Below, in pieces: positions 39,026 to 48,016 of a stretch of 64,000 nt of DNA. Where the stretch lies: IMG/VR virus record IMGVR_UViG_3300009034_000863. One strand, given 5' to 3'. Under the pieces are notes generated by a model. It searched no databases. It was not told the DNA's origin and saw only the letters and a list, made by a program, of their open reading frames with translations. Every line of letters begins with the position of its first letter. Within the stretch, counting starts at the first letter, position 1. The position numbers were made by a program, and so were the translations under genes. Source of the stretch: an uncultured virus (IMG/VR IMGVR_UViG_3300009034_000863). Lineage: Duplodnaviria > Heunggongvirae > Uroviricota > Caudoviricetes.

Positions 39026-39945
39026 TGAAAATATTAATAACTGGAGTAGGAGGATTCGCTGGTCTTAATTTTCTAAATTACTTTTCTATAGATCATGATG
39101 TAATAGGAACATATGATCCAATGAACAGTAAATGGCTTAAAATTCTGAAGAAAGCATTTAAAGGTATTAAAATACATGAATTAAACATTAGATTTCCAAA
39201 TGCTATTGGTCATATATTGAAAAGAGATGTGGATGTAATTATTCATGAAGAAGCATTGATTCATGCACCACAATCTGTTGAGAAACCTAGATTGTACCAT
39301 GATTTTAATGTTAATGGATTCTTTAATATTCTTGAATGTGCTAGAGAATACAATACTAAAGTGGTGTGTGTTGGAAGTAATATTTCATATGGAGAACCAG
39401 TTTATAGACCAATAGATGAGAACCATCCTCAAAACCCTAACAGTCCTTATGGAGCTTCTAGAGTGTGTCAAGAAAAATATGCTTTGTCTTATTATCACAC
39501 CTTTGATTTACCAGTTATAGTTCTCAGGTATTCTAATTTGTATGGTCCTTATGGAGAGGGAGTGATCAATTCATTTGTTAAGAATGCACTTAAATTGAAT
39601 CACATATTTATTACTGGAGGAAAACAGACCAGAACATACACTCATATAGAAGACGCAGCCAAAGCAACAGAATTAGCAATTAAATCTAAGAAGGCGATAG
39701 GAGAAATTTATAATGTATCAGGAGATGAAACAGTAGATCTGATATTTCTTTCAGATATAATTAAAGGAAACTTTCCTGATATTGAAATAAAATATTATGA
39801 TAACTGGAAGGGAGATATATTGTCGGATCAATATGAGATAAGTAATAAGAAAATTAAAACTGATCTAGGTTTTAAACCAGAATACAATTTAGATATAGGA
39901 ATAAAAGAGGTGATAGAATGCACAAAATTTCAGTTTTCAATATAG
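39022..39945 (+). CDS. NAD-dependent sugar epimerase/dehydratase
   Basis: TGVGGFAG, PNSPYGASR (YxxxK changed to YxxxR), RYSNLYGP, QTRTY. Confidence 0.9.
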   Translation: MMKILITGVGGFAGLNFLNYFSIDHDVIGTYDPMNSKWLKILKKAFKGIKIHELNIRFPNAIGHILKRDVDVIIHEEALIHAPQSVEKPRLYHDFNVNGFFNILECAREYNTKVVCVGSNISYGEPVYRPIDENHPQNPNSPYGASRVCQEKYALSYYHTFDLPVIVLRYSNLYGPYGEGVINSFVKNALKLNHIFITGGKQTRTYTHIEDAAKATELAIKSKKAIGEIYNVSGDETVDLIFLSDIIKGNFPDIEIKYYDNWKGDILSDQYEISNKKIKTDLGFKPEYNLDIGIKEVIECTKFQFSI

Positions 39946-40640
39946 TTAGTCAAGCAGTAGACTTACTAGATTTTTCTACTAAGTATGCAATGTTAAATGC
40001 TGGAATGCCTTTCAATTATGTCCTCATACTATGGAATCCTAGTAAGGAAGTATTAGACTGGATAGAAAATAAGAATTATGAGAAATATTCAAATATAAAT
40101 ATTGATTTCTATCACTTTTTCTATTATACTAATGAAGGATTAAACTTCATACAAAATTTAAGAAATTGTTTTAATAAAGGATTTGAGGAATGTTTTAAAT
40201 TGACAGAGTATGCATGTGGAATAAACACTGACATGATGTTTTACTCTAACTGGTTGATCAATCTCTATAAGTACAGAGACAAGAACTCAATCATTAATTG
40301 TAGACAGATAGAACCTAAACCTACAGAACATCATGAAGTCATGGACTTTGGTATGGCAGGAGAAGACTTCCCAGTAGAAGAATACTTAGAATTTTGTTCA
40401 CAGATATATGAGGATAAAGTCATTACAGAAGAGGAATGGCAGGGACCTTGGGCTGATGCTACTCCACACCTTATGCATAAGTCTGTGTGGGAAAAGTACG
40501 GTCCTTGGAGAGTTAAAATAGTAGCAGATATAGATTTTTTCAGAAGAGCTACTGGAGATGGAATAAAGAATATGAAAAGTCTAGGAAGTATTGTGTACCA
40601 TGCAGGAGCACAAGAAACAAAAAGAAGGAGGATGAGGTAA
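39918..40640 (+). CDS. glycosyltransferase (GT-A like)
   Basis: NKGF, INTDMMF..NWL.NL, DIDFF, SIVYH; paralogous to 40867. Confidence 0.75.
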   Translation: MHKISVFNIVSQAVDLLDFSTKYAMLNAGMPFNYVLILWNPSKEVLDWIENKNYEKYSNINIDFYHFFYYTNEGLNFIQNLRNCFNKGFEECFKLTEYACGINTDMMFYSNWLINLYKYRDKNSIINCRQIEPKPTEHHEVMDFGMAGEDFPVEEYLEFCSQIYEDKVITEEEWQGPWADATPHLMHKSVWEKYGPWRVKIVADIDFFRRATGDGIKNMKSLGSIVYHAGAQETKRRRMR

Positions 40641-40910
40641 TTGGTAGAAGTATTAAAATTAGGGGACCTAATAGATAGGCTCATTATAACAAACATAAAG
40701 ATACACTATTATAATCATCAGAAACTAGATGAGAGAAAGAAAGAGAACCCAGACTATGAACTGTTAAATGAGATACAGACTAAAGTAGACACCATAAATG
40801 AAATGAGAGTATCTTTAAGGAATGAAATAGATAAATTATTTAAACGAGTAATAACTACAGGTATCTATGATGTTAGAGAGGAAAAGAGAACCTATGATAA
40901 GCATATCTAG
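40641..40910 (+). CDS. DUF4254-like helical protein
   Basis: LGDLIDRL.I.NIKI...N..R..L..EID. Confidence 0.6.
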   Translation: MVEVLKLGDLIDRLIITNIKIHYYNHQKLDERKKENPDYELLNEIQTKVDTINEMRVSLRNEIDKLFKRVITTGIYDVREEKRTYDKHI

Positions 40911-41592
40911 TTTGATATATAAATCAATTGAATATCTTGAATTCCTTATAGATAGTCTAAATGAGTACACACCTAAATTGCACACAGGGGAAGCAGAACT
41001 CTATTTTGTAAGTTACAATGCTACTCCTGAAATTCTAGATTATATGAAGAGACACAAGATTCCAAATTATATCGTAAAAGGAAAATATGTTGGCTATCCT
41101 CAGTCAACATATGGTTTTTACAAAGCATTTAATTATTGTGTTGAAAAAGCTAAAGGAGACATAGTTGTTCTATTAAACAGTGATATGGCGTTCTCTCCTG
41201 ATTGGCTAGAAAACTTACTTAAATATTTAAACAAAGACAGATTAATAACTAGTAGACTTGTGGAATCTGGAAATTTAAGATCAACCTTTCCTCATACTCT
41301 AGTAAAAGACTTTGGAAGATCTCCGAGTACCTTTAAAGAAAAAGAGTTCTTGGAATATGCTGAAAAGGTAAAGCAAGAAGGTATTTCTCAAGGAGGAACA
41401 TTCATGCCTGTTGCAATCTATAAAGACGTTTTTGTTAAGACAGGTGGATATCCTCTAGGAAATGTTGGTAACATGGGTGGAGACTATTATTATTTTGAAT
41501 ATATTCTGAAACCATCTGGAGTGATTCATTATACCTCTTTTGATTCTATAGTATATCATATTCAGATGGGAGAAGTACATGCCAGAGTTTAG
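40867..41592 (+). CDS. glycosyltransferase family 2
   Basis: AFN..V..AKGDIVVLLNSDM..SPDWLENL, GD..F, SIVYH. Confidence 0.85.
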   Translation: MMLERKREPMISISSLIYKSIEYLEFLIDSLNEYTPKLHTGEAELYFVSYNATPEILDYMKRHKIPNYIVKGKYVGYPQSTYGFYKAFNYCVEKAKGDIVVLLNSDMAFSPDWLENLLKYLNKDRLITSRLVESGNLRSTFPHTLVKDFGRSPSTFKEKEFLEYAEKVKQEGISQGGTFMPVAIYKDVFVKTGGYPLGNVGNMGGDYYYFEYILKPSGVIHYTSFDSIVYHIQMGEVHARV

Positions 41593-42115
41593 AGGATATG
41601 AAAATGACCCAACAACTGTTCTTACAGATGAAGAAGCTGAATTCTTAAGATTTGCAGCCAGAGATGGACCAGGAAAAGGAAGTATATTAGAGATAGGTAC
41701 TTATAAAGGTAAATCAACTGTTAATCTAGCTTTAGGTTCTAAAGAAGTAGGAAGAGAAAAGGTATTTTCAATTGATTCAGAGACATTTATAGAAACTGAA
41801 CTTAATTTTAAGGCTTTTAATGTCCTAGACTGGATAATACCGATTAAGGGATTGTCATGGGAAGTAGCTAATGATTGGGATATGCCTATAAGACTTTTAT
41901 ATATAGATGGAGATCATAGAAAAAGTAGAGTAGACTATAATAACTTTTCTAAATTTCTAGTGGAAGATGCTATAGTAATATTTCATGATATTACAGATGC
42001 AAGAGTTAGAAAAACAATATCAACGCTTATTAATGATGAATCTTTAAGAAAAGTAGGATCTAAAGACTGGTGGAACATGGGATGGTTCTTTAAGGGAAGT
42101 GAAATAAGTGAATAA
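41579..42115 (+). CDS. SAM-dependent methyltransferase (type 24)
   Basis: LEIGTYKGKST, IDGDH, IFHD. Confidence 0.88.
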   Translation: MPEFRGYENDPTTVLTDEEAEFLRFAARDGPGKGSILEIGTYKGKSTVNLALGSKEVGREKVFSIDSETFIETELNFKAFNVLDWIIPIKGLSWEVANDWDMPIRLLYIDGDHRKSRVDYNNFSKFLVEDAIVIFHDITDARVRKTISTLINDESLRKVGSKDWWNMGWFFKGSEISE

Positions 42116-42515
42116 ACCAACTAAAGTCTTCATATTTGATATAGGAGGAGTCTTAGACATAGGTGGAGAGAGACCTAGTGATTCTAAGATATTAAAGGGT
42201 GGAGTATTGCCTACTAGACACATTTTCTCTGAGTTGAGGAAGAGAGGGTACTGGGTTGGTTTAGCTAGTGGTATTCATCACTGGAGATCATTGTATCTTG
42301 CTAATAGACATAATATTCAAATCGACATTGTTTTGGATAAAGGAGAAATATTGAATATTAGAAATAGTATTGATGCTTACTATGGAAAAGGGGCAGAGTT
42401 CTATTATATTGGACATGACGAGACTGATCCCATGTATGCTAAATGTGGAAGAATGAACTATTTACACAAGGATGATTTCTGGTATAAATTTAGAACAGGG
42501 ATATTATTTGAATGA
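42108..42515 (+). CDS. HAD-like protein
   Basis: FDIGGVLD; YIGH..TD...A. Confidence 0.6.
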   Translation: MNKPTKVFIFDIGGVLDIGGERPSDSKILKGGVLPTRHIFSELRKRGYWVGLASGIHHWRSLYLANRHNIQIDIVLDKGEILNIRNSIDAYYGKGAEFYYIGHDETDPMYAKCGRMNYLHKDDFWYKFRTGILFE

Positions 42516-43170
42516 TATTAGATATACTCCAGATGGACAGGACAGAAAAGAGAAGAGTAGGTATAGAAGATCAGTAGATATTACTTCAATTGAACAGTTA
42601 AAAGAGTTGTGGAATAATGATAAGATAAACACTTATCAAGATATTCCTTTACCAGATGGTACTATATTAAAAGGTTGGAGACATACTTCTATAACTTGGG
42701 ATCTAATAAGTCATATAGACTGGAAAGATAAAGTGGTTCTAGAAGTTGGACCATTTCATGGATATTTTTTAATTAAGATATCTCAGGCAGGAGCTAAAGA
42801 GTGTTATGGGGTAGACTTAGACATAGGAAGCATAGAACCATGTTATCGAACATTGATTGTTGCTAAAGAAATAATTAAGTTATGGAAAATTAAGAACATT
42901 CATTTCATTAAAGCTGATTGGTTATTTTCTCCTATTAGAAGCAAAGTAGATATTACTTTATGTTTTAATACAGCATGGTATTTTCCAGATATAGAAAAAG
43001 GACTTAGAAATATTTTTAGTCTAAATCCTTCAGTTATGATATTTGAAACTAGGCAACATGTTGGTGCAATTGTGGACAGATTATGTGAAGAGTATAAATA
43101 TCAGATATACCATAAGATAAGAGGACCATGGAATAGGAGACCTATTAGATTCTGTAAGAAGGTTGAATGA
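42472..43170 (+). CDS. SAM-dependent methyltransferase (CmoB-like)
   Basis: KVVLEVGPFHGYF...GA..CYGVD. Confidence 0.8.
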   Translation: MISGINLEQGYYLNDIRYTPDGQDRKEKSRYRRSVDITSIEQLKELWNNDKINTYQDIPLPDGTILKGWRHTSITWDLISHIDWKDKVVLEVGPFHGYFLIKISQAGAKECYGVDLDIGSIEPCYRTLIVAKEIIKLWKIKNIHFIKADWLFSPIRSKVDITLCFNTAWYFPDIEKGLRNIFSLNPSVMIFETRQHVGAIVDRLCEEYKYQIYHKIRGPWNRRPIRFCKKVE

Positions 43171-43910
43171 TGATAGTAACTGGATTAGTTAAATTCTATA
43201 ATGAGGGAACAAATGGTAATCTAGAAAGATGTCTTAAGCAAATGTCTACTTATTGTAATCATATAATATGTTGTAATGATTCAAGTACTGATAATAGCTT
43301 AGAGATAGCTAATAAATACACTCAAGATATTATTACTAAACCTAATGACTTTAAAGCTGAATTACAACATAAGCAATCTCTTCTAGATTATTTATATAAA
43401 AATTATCCTAAGACGGATATTATAGTACATTTAGATCCTGATGAATGTTTTAACAACCCCAAGTTAGTTGAAGAATATAGTCATGGTATATTATACTATA
43501 ATTTTGGAGGAACAAGAGTCCATTTACTTAATTTATGGTTAAGTGAACGGCATTATCGAATAGATAATCAATTCAATGGATTATGGAAGACCTGTATATG
43601 GAGAAACACTGGAGATTTAAAATATCCAGAAAAGAAATTGTTGCATCAGCCTATGCATCCTCCCAATATAAAACATGTGTTGGAAATAACTACTTTACAA
43701 CTTCAAATATTACATTATGGATTTTCTACCAAAGAATTGATAGCTAGAAAATATAAGACCTATCAATCTGTGGGACAGTCTGGATGGAATCTAGAAAGAT
43801 TATCTCCTGTTCATGAAGCAAAAGTAGTAGATTTATATTCTGGTATCAAGTCTAGCAAGAAAATATCTAAGAAAGAATGGAAAAGATTGTTGAAGAAGGT
43901 TAAGATATGA
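43167..43910 (+). CDS. glycosyltransferase family 2
   Basis: YNE..LERCL, DSSTDNS, LDPDE, ILHYG. Confidence 0.88.
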   Translation: MMIVTGLVKFYNEGTNGNLERCLKQMSTYCNHIICCNDSSTDNSLEIANKYTQDIITKPNDFKAELQHKQSLLDYLYKNYPKTDIIVHLDPDECFNNPKLVEEYSHGILYYNFGGTRVHLLNLWLSERHYRIDNQFNGLWKTCIWRNTGDLKYPEKKLLHQPMHPPNIKHVLEITTLQLQILHYGFSTKELIARKYKTYQSVGQSGWNLERLSPVHEAKVVDLYSGIKSSKKISKKEWKRLLKKVKI

Positions 43911-44671
43911 CTATTACAATTGTAGTACCAACTTATAATTCTGTAGAGTTCTTGGGAACATCACTTAAGTCTATTTTTAAACAGACTCTTAAACCTGATG
44001 AGATCCTAGTAATAAATGATGCTTCTCAGGACAATACTATTAATTTAGTTGAAAGTTTACAGAAAGATCATCCAGAAATAAGATTACATAATAATAAACA
44101 GAACATGGGGATAGGTTATTCTAGAGGGAAAGGAGTAGAACTTGCTAGTTCAGATCATATTGGATTCATATCAGCAGATGATGCTCTAGAAAGAAAGTTC
44201 TGTGAAATAATGTCCAAATATCAACTTAGATCTCCAAATTCAATATTATATTCTGATTATTTCAGATGTAACCAAGATTTAATTCCTGTTGGAATATATC
44301 GATCCATGTCCTTTAGGAGCCAAGAAGAACTTGAAAAGCGTTGTGTCCTAGAAGCTAGAAGACATAATATGTTCATATGTTACAATTTATTTGGACCAAC
44401 TAAATTGTGGAGACAGTGTAATTTTGATCCTAATAAGAGAGTTGTAGAAGATTTAGAACATCTCTTAAGAGCATTACTTATTCATCATATTAATTTCTCT
44501 CATGTACCATTTCCACTGTTCAAATATAGGGTTCATGGTAAATCAGTTACTGGGTCTAAATATTGGCATTGTGTAAATGAGAATAGGAAAACTTTTAATA
44601 AAATTAATTCTCTAGTAGGTAAACGAGTGGTATGGGATCAATTATTCAAGGGGAAGAAACTTGGACCCTAA
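43907..44671 (+). CDS. glycosyltransferase family 2
   Basis: VVPTYN, INDASQD, ISADD, ED, YRVH. Confidence 0.92.
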   Translation: MTITIVVPTYNSVEFLGTSLKSIFKQTLKPDEILVINDASQDNTINLVESLQKDHPEIRLHNNKQNMGIGYSRGKGVELASSDHIGFISADDALERKFCEIMSKYQLRSPNSILYSDYFRCNQDLIPVGIYRSMSFRSQEELEKRCVLEARRHNMFICYNLFGPTKLWRQCNFDPNKRVVEDLEHLLRALLIHHINFSHVPFPLFKYRVHGKSVTGSKYWHCVNENRKTFNKINSLVGKRVVWDQLFKGKKLGP

Positions 44672-45545
44672 ACAAAGATCTACAATGAAGAGATTAATTA
44701 AAGACTTAAAGTATAAAGATAGGCTTACCATTGGAGCACCATTCTATAACTCTTCCTGGTGTTGGGACATTTTTAGCAAAAGTATTTTAGATCAGGATTA
44801 TCCTAAATATTTAATAGATTTGGTATGGGTAGACAATGGTTCAGAAGATAACATGAAGGAATTACTATTAGAATTTAAAAGAAAGTATGAAGGATTATAT
44901 AATTCAATTCAAGTTTTGGACTGTCCGAGAGTACCAGAACGTAAAATAGGTGTTAGGAAATGGATCACTAATATAGTTAATGGTACAAACATGATAGCTG
45001 ACAATAGAGGAAAAGGTACAGATTTAATACTAATGGGAAGTGACTGTATTCCTCCTCCAGAGGGACTAAAGAAACTTCTAGATATGAAATATCTTGGGGC
45101 AGATATTGCTGGTGGAATAACAGTTATTTTTGCTGGAGGTAGACTAGACAAGTATGGAAGACCAACTACTATCCCTGTTTTTACTATGTTTAGTAAGTTA
45201 AGTAAAGGAGCAGCTTTCAGTGGAGTATTGGTACATAAAACAGAAAAGAACTTAGTGACTTTACCAGTATGGTTGAAAGATAAAATTATAACTGTTATGG
45301 CTCTAGGTACAGGTTTCTGTCTGATAAGAGATAGAGTTATGAAAGCACAGAGATGGAAAGTAAATTATAGATTTGGAGAGGACCTTTACTTCTGTTGGAC
45401 AGCTCATTTAAATGGATTTAAAATATATGCTGACACTTCTTTATGGTATGATCATTTGCATTATGATTATCAGATTAAGAAAAAGAAATTGGGATTCCAG
45501 ATAATATATAAAGGAGAAACGGAGAAGAGAGAAAGATGGAAATAA
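44661..45545 (+). CDS. glycosyltransferase GT-A (paralogue of 45536)
   Basis: QDYPK..I.L..VDNGSED, GSD, GTGFCLI, GEDLYFC, H. Confidence 0.85.
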   Translation: MDPKQRSTMKRLIKDLKYKDRLTIGAPFYNSSWCWDIFSKSILDQDYPKYLIDLVWVDNGSEDNMKELLLEFKRKYEGLYNSIQVLDCPRVPERKIGVRKWITNIVNGTNMIADNRGKGTDLILMGSDCIPPPEGLKKLLDMKYLGADIAGGITVIFAGGRLDKYGRPTTIPVFTMFSKLSKGAAFSGVLVHKTEKNLVTLPVWLKDKIITVMALGTGFCLIRDRVMKAQRWKVNYRFGEDLYFCWTAHLNGFKIYADTSLWYDHLHYDYQIKKKKLGFQIIYKGETEKRERWK

Positions 45546-46423
45546 CCTTTCCGATTGAGATAACTATAGGAACACCATTCTGGAATTCGTCTTATTATCT
45601 TCCTTTATATTTTAAACATGTATTAGACCTAATTTACCCTAAGAAACTAATAAATTTAATATTTGTTAATAATGGAAGTACAGATGATACACAAAAGAAA
45701 CTAGAAGACTTTAGCAGAAAATATAAAAGTTATTACAAGAGTATTAAAATTCTTTATACTGAACATCTAGAAGAACGAGGTAAGTTTAAAGGACATTCTA
45801 ACATCATTGAGTCTGTTAATGCTTTTATAAAAGAGAATAAGACTGACCTTTTGTTTATTGGTTCAGACTGTTTCCCTCCTGATGATTCGATAATTAAGTT
45901 ACTTAATTTATTTAAAGTGGGAGCAGACATAGCTGGAGGAATTACTTTAGTTGGAGGAGCCCAGACTACTATAAAAGGAAAAATGATTAAGGGGATTCCA
46001 GTTCTTTGTGCTTATTCATTCGATAATAGAACAGGCAAGTTTCATTCTATAAGTAGAATAAAAACTAATAAACCGTATGTGTCTGTACTCGGTGCAGGAT
46101 ATGTTAATAGGATAATGGAAATAGATGGTGTGGGAACAGGACTAGCTTTAATAAAGAAAGAAGTCTTAGACAAAGTTACATTTACAGTCAGTAAAAGATA
46201 TGGAGAAGACTTGTATTTCTGCATGAAAGCTAGGATGTTAGGATACAAGGTCTTTGTAGATACATCTCTACTTTATAATCACTGGCATTATATTTACAAG
46301 ACCAATAAAGGTCCTGACGGATTAATATTTATTGTTCAAGGAATCAGAGATAAAATAACAGGTAAAGTAAATCCTGTCATGGACAAGAATCCTTATAAAG
46401 CCAAAAGGTCCTCCCTGTATTGA
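45536..46423 (+). CDS. glycosyltransferase GT-A (paralogue of 44661)
   Basis: YPK..I.L.FVNNGSTD, GSD, GTGLALI, GEDLYFC, H. Confidence 0.85.
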   Translation: MEITFPIEITIGTPFWNSSYYLPLYFKHVLDLIYPKKLINLIFVNNGSTDDTQKKLEDFSRKYKSYYKSIKILYTEHLEERGKFKGHSNIIESVNAFIKENKTDLLFIGSDCFPPDDSIIKLLNLFKVGADIAGGITLVGGAQTTIKGKMIKGIPVLCAYSFDNRTGKFHSISRIKTNKPYVSVLGAGYVNRIMEIDGVGTGLALIKKEVLDKVTFTVSKRYGEDLYFCMKARMLGYKVFVDTSLLYNHWHYIYKTNKGPDGLIFIVQGIRDKITGKVNPVMDKNPYKAKRSSLY

Positions 46424-46435
46424 GGAGGGTTATAA

Positions 46436-47107
46436 TTGGTTGTAGAGATGGTCTTGGAAGCCAATGTAGGGACCGAAGCGGTGCCATCATGGACAACTAT
46501 TACTGCTTCAGAGAAACTTGTGTTTACTACTTCAGACATGACTGATACGACTACAGACGCAAATATTCCATTTATTACTAAACCTGCTTCTGGAACAACC
46601 ACAGCAGAAAGACTTTATTTTGGTACTTCAGCAGAATTTACCTGTATAGTTCCTTATCATGGAACAGCTGATAGACCTAATGGTAATCTTAATGTACTTC
46701 GATGGTCATGGAATGGAGCTTTGAATAGTGCTCCCGAATGGACAGCTTCTTTGGATACGCCAACTCATTCTGCTGCTACAGTTGGAAATGAAACCTTATT
46801 GGGTGGATCAACAAATGAGACAGAAGATAGGTCACATCTTAAAGGTGTAATGAGTGATACTGGACTGGCAGCTTCATGGTGTACAGCAGGTATAGGATCA
46901 ATTGGAGAAGTTACAGATACAAACACTGGACAATCATTAAACGGGTTCTATTCTGAGGATGCGTCAAATGGACAGACGTTAAAGAAAGATGGTATTCCTG
47001 GGGCTTCAGGAAGCACTACTATGGCAGTATGTATGTACATATCAGCATCATTAACAGAGACTGGCACAGTAGACTTCTACATGTCAAGTAAGTTTACATA
47101 TACATAG
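46436..47107 (+). CDS. Thr/Ser/Gly-rich putative virion structural protein
   Basis: Composition differs from the enzymes (T/S/G/A-rich); GGAGGG SD; ends in FTYT. Confidence 0.55.
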   Translation: MVVEMVLEANVGTEAVPSWTTITASEKLVFTTSDMTDTTTDANIPFITKPASGTTTAERLYFGTSAEFTCIVPYHGTADRPNGNLNVLRWSWNGALNSAPEWTASLDTPTHSAATVGNETLLGGSTNETEDRSHLKGVMSDTGLAASWCTAGIGSIGEVTDTNTGQSLNGFYSEDASNGQTLKKDGIPGASGSTTMAVCMYISASLTETGTVDFYMSSKFTYT

Positions 47108-47171
47108 GAGAGATAGTCAGGACCAACTGACACCTATCTCTTCAACTGGTCCAGGAGGATACAGAGTTGAG
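47108..47171 (+). other. intergenic double hairpin with complementary loops
   Basis: GAGAGATAG/CTATCTCTT plus TCAG/CTGA stem; TCAACT/AGTTGA stem; GGACCA is complementary to TGGTCC. Confidence 0.5.
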
Positions 47172-47201
47172 ATCAAAATTATTTATTAAAGGAGGTTTAC
47201 A

Positions 47202-47624
47202 ATGTCTTATTTTATAGCTCATCTAGACACTGGAGAGTCTATTTCAGAACAAAAGATGATCAATAATATTGATCGAAAGTACAATCGTTCTGTGTGGGAA
47301 TGGATGAGGCAAACTGGTAAGCTAGAGAAGATCAAGTCTCTAGAACTTAAGTTGCCATATGGAGACTTAATTAATATTCCTAAGAAAGATCCTCATTGGC
47401 AATTCTTCCAGTTCAAATATGCTGAGTCTGCTCCACAGAAAGGATATACTCATAGAAGACTTGCTCAGATAATTGGTGCCGTCTTTAACAAAAAAGGAGA
47501 CTGTGTAATAACTTGTTATTTATCTGACAGTCCAGATGTTATAATAACTGTGGACAATGTTTTACATCTTAGACTTTTCAGGATAGGAGCTATTAATCTG
47601 TCATTACATAATATTAAATTGTAG
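47202..47624 (+). CDS. hypothetical protein
   Basis: GGAGG SD; 140 aa. Confidence 0.65.
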   Translation: MSYFIAHLDTGESISEQKMINNIDRKYNRSVWEWMRQTGKLEKIKSLELKLPYGDLINIPKKDPHWQFFQFKYAESAPQKGYTHRRLAQIIGAVFNKKGDCVITCYLSDSPDVIITVDNVLHLRLFRIGAINLSLHNIKL

Positions 47625-47641
47625 TAAGGGGAGAGAGGGAG

Positions 47642-48016
47642 GTGAAAGTACAATTTAAATGCAGAAGATGTGGATGGTGCTGTAAGAATAAAGTAATCAA
47701 TATTCTGTATAGTGACATCATTAGATGGAGAAATGAAGATAGAAAAGATATTTTAAAAGAAGTCAGTTTCATAAGAACCACATCTGGATTAGCTTCTGGA
47801 TTCTATTTCAGAAAAACAACAATGCCAAGTCACAAGAAATGTCCGTTTCTAGATTTTGAAAATGATTTAGCAAAGTGTTTAATCCAAGACACTAAACCTA
47901 GATGTTGTAAAAATAATCCAGAAATAATACCTAGAAAAGATTTTCTTAAATGGATAGGATGTCCTGCATTTAAAGAAGTACATAAAAAATGGATAATGAA
48001 ACGATCAGAAAATTAA
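47642..48016 (+). CDS. YkgJ-family CxxCxxCC (Fe-S/Zn cluster) protein
   Basis: CRRCGWCC, CPFL...C.I..TKPRCC..P, CP. Confidence 0.88.
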   Translation: MKVQFKCRRCGWCCKNKVINILYSDIIRWRNEDRKDILKEVSFIRTTSGLASGFYFRKTTMPSHKKCPFLDFENDLAKCLIQDTKPRCCKNNPEIIPRKDFLKWIGCPAFKEVHKKWIMKRSEN

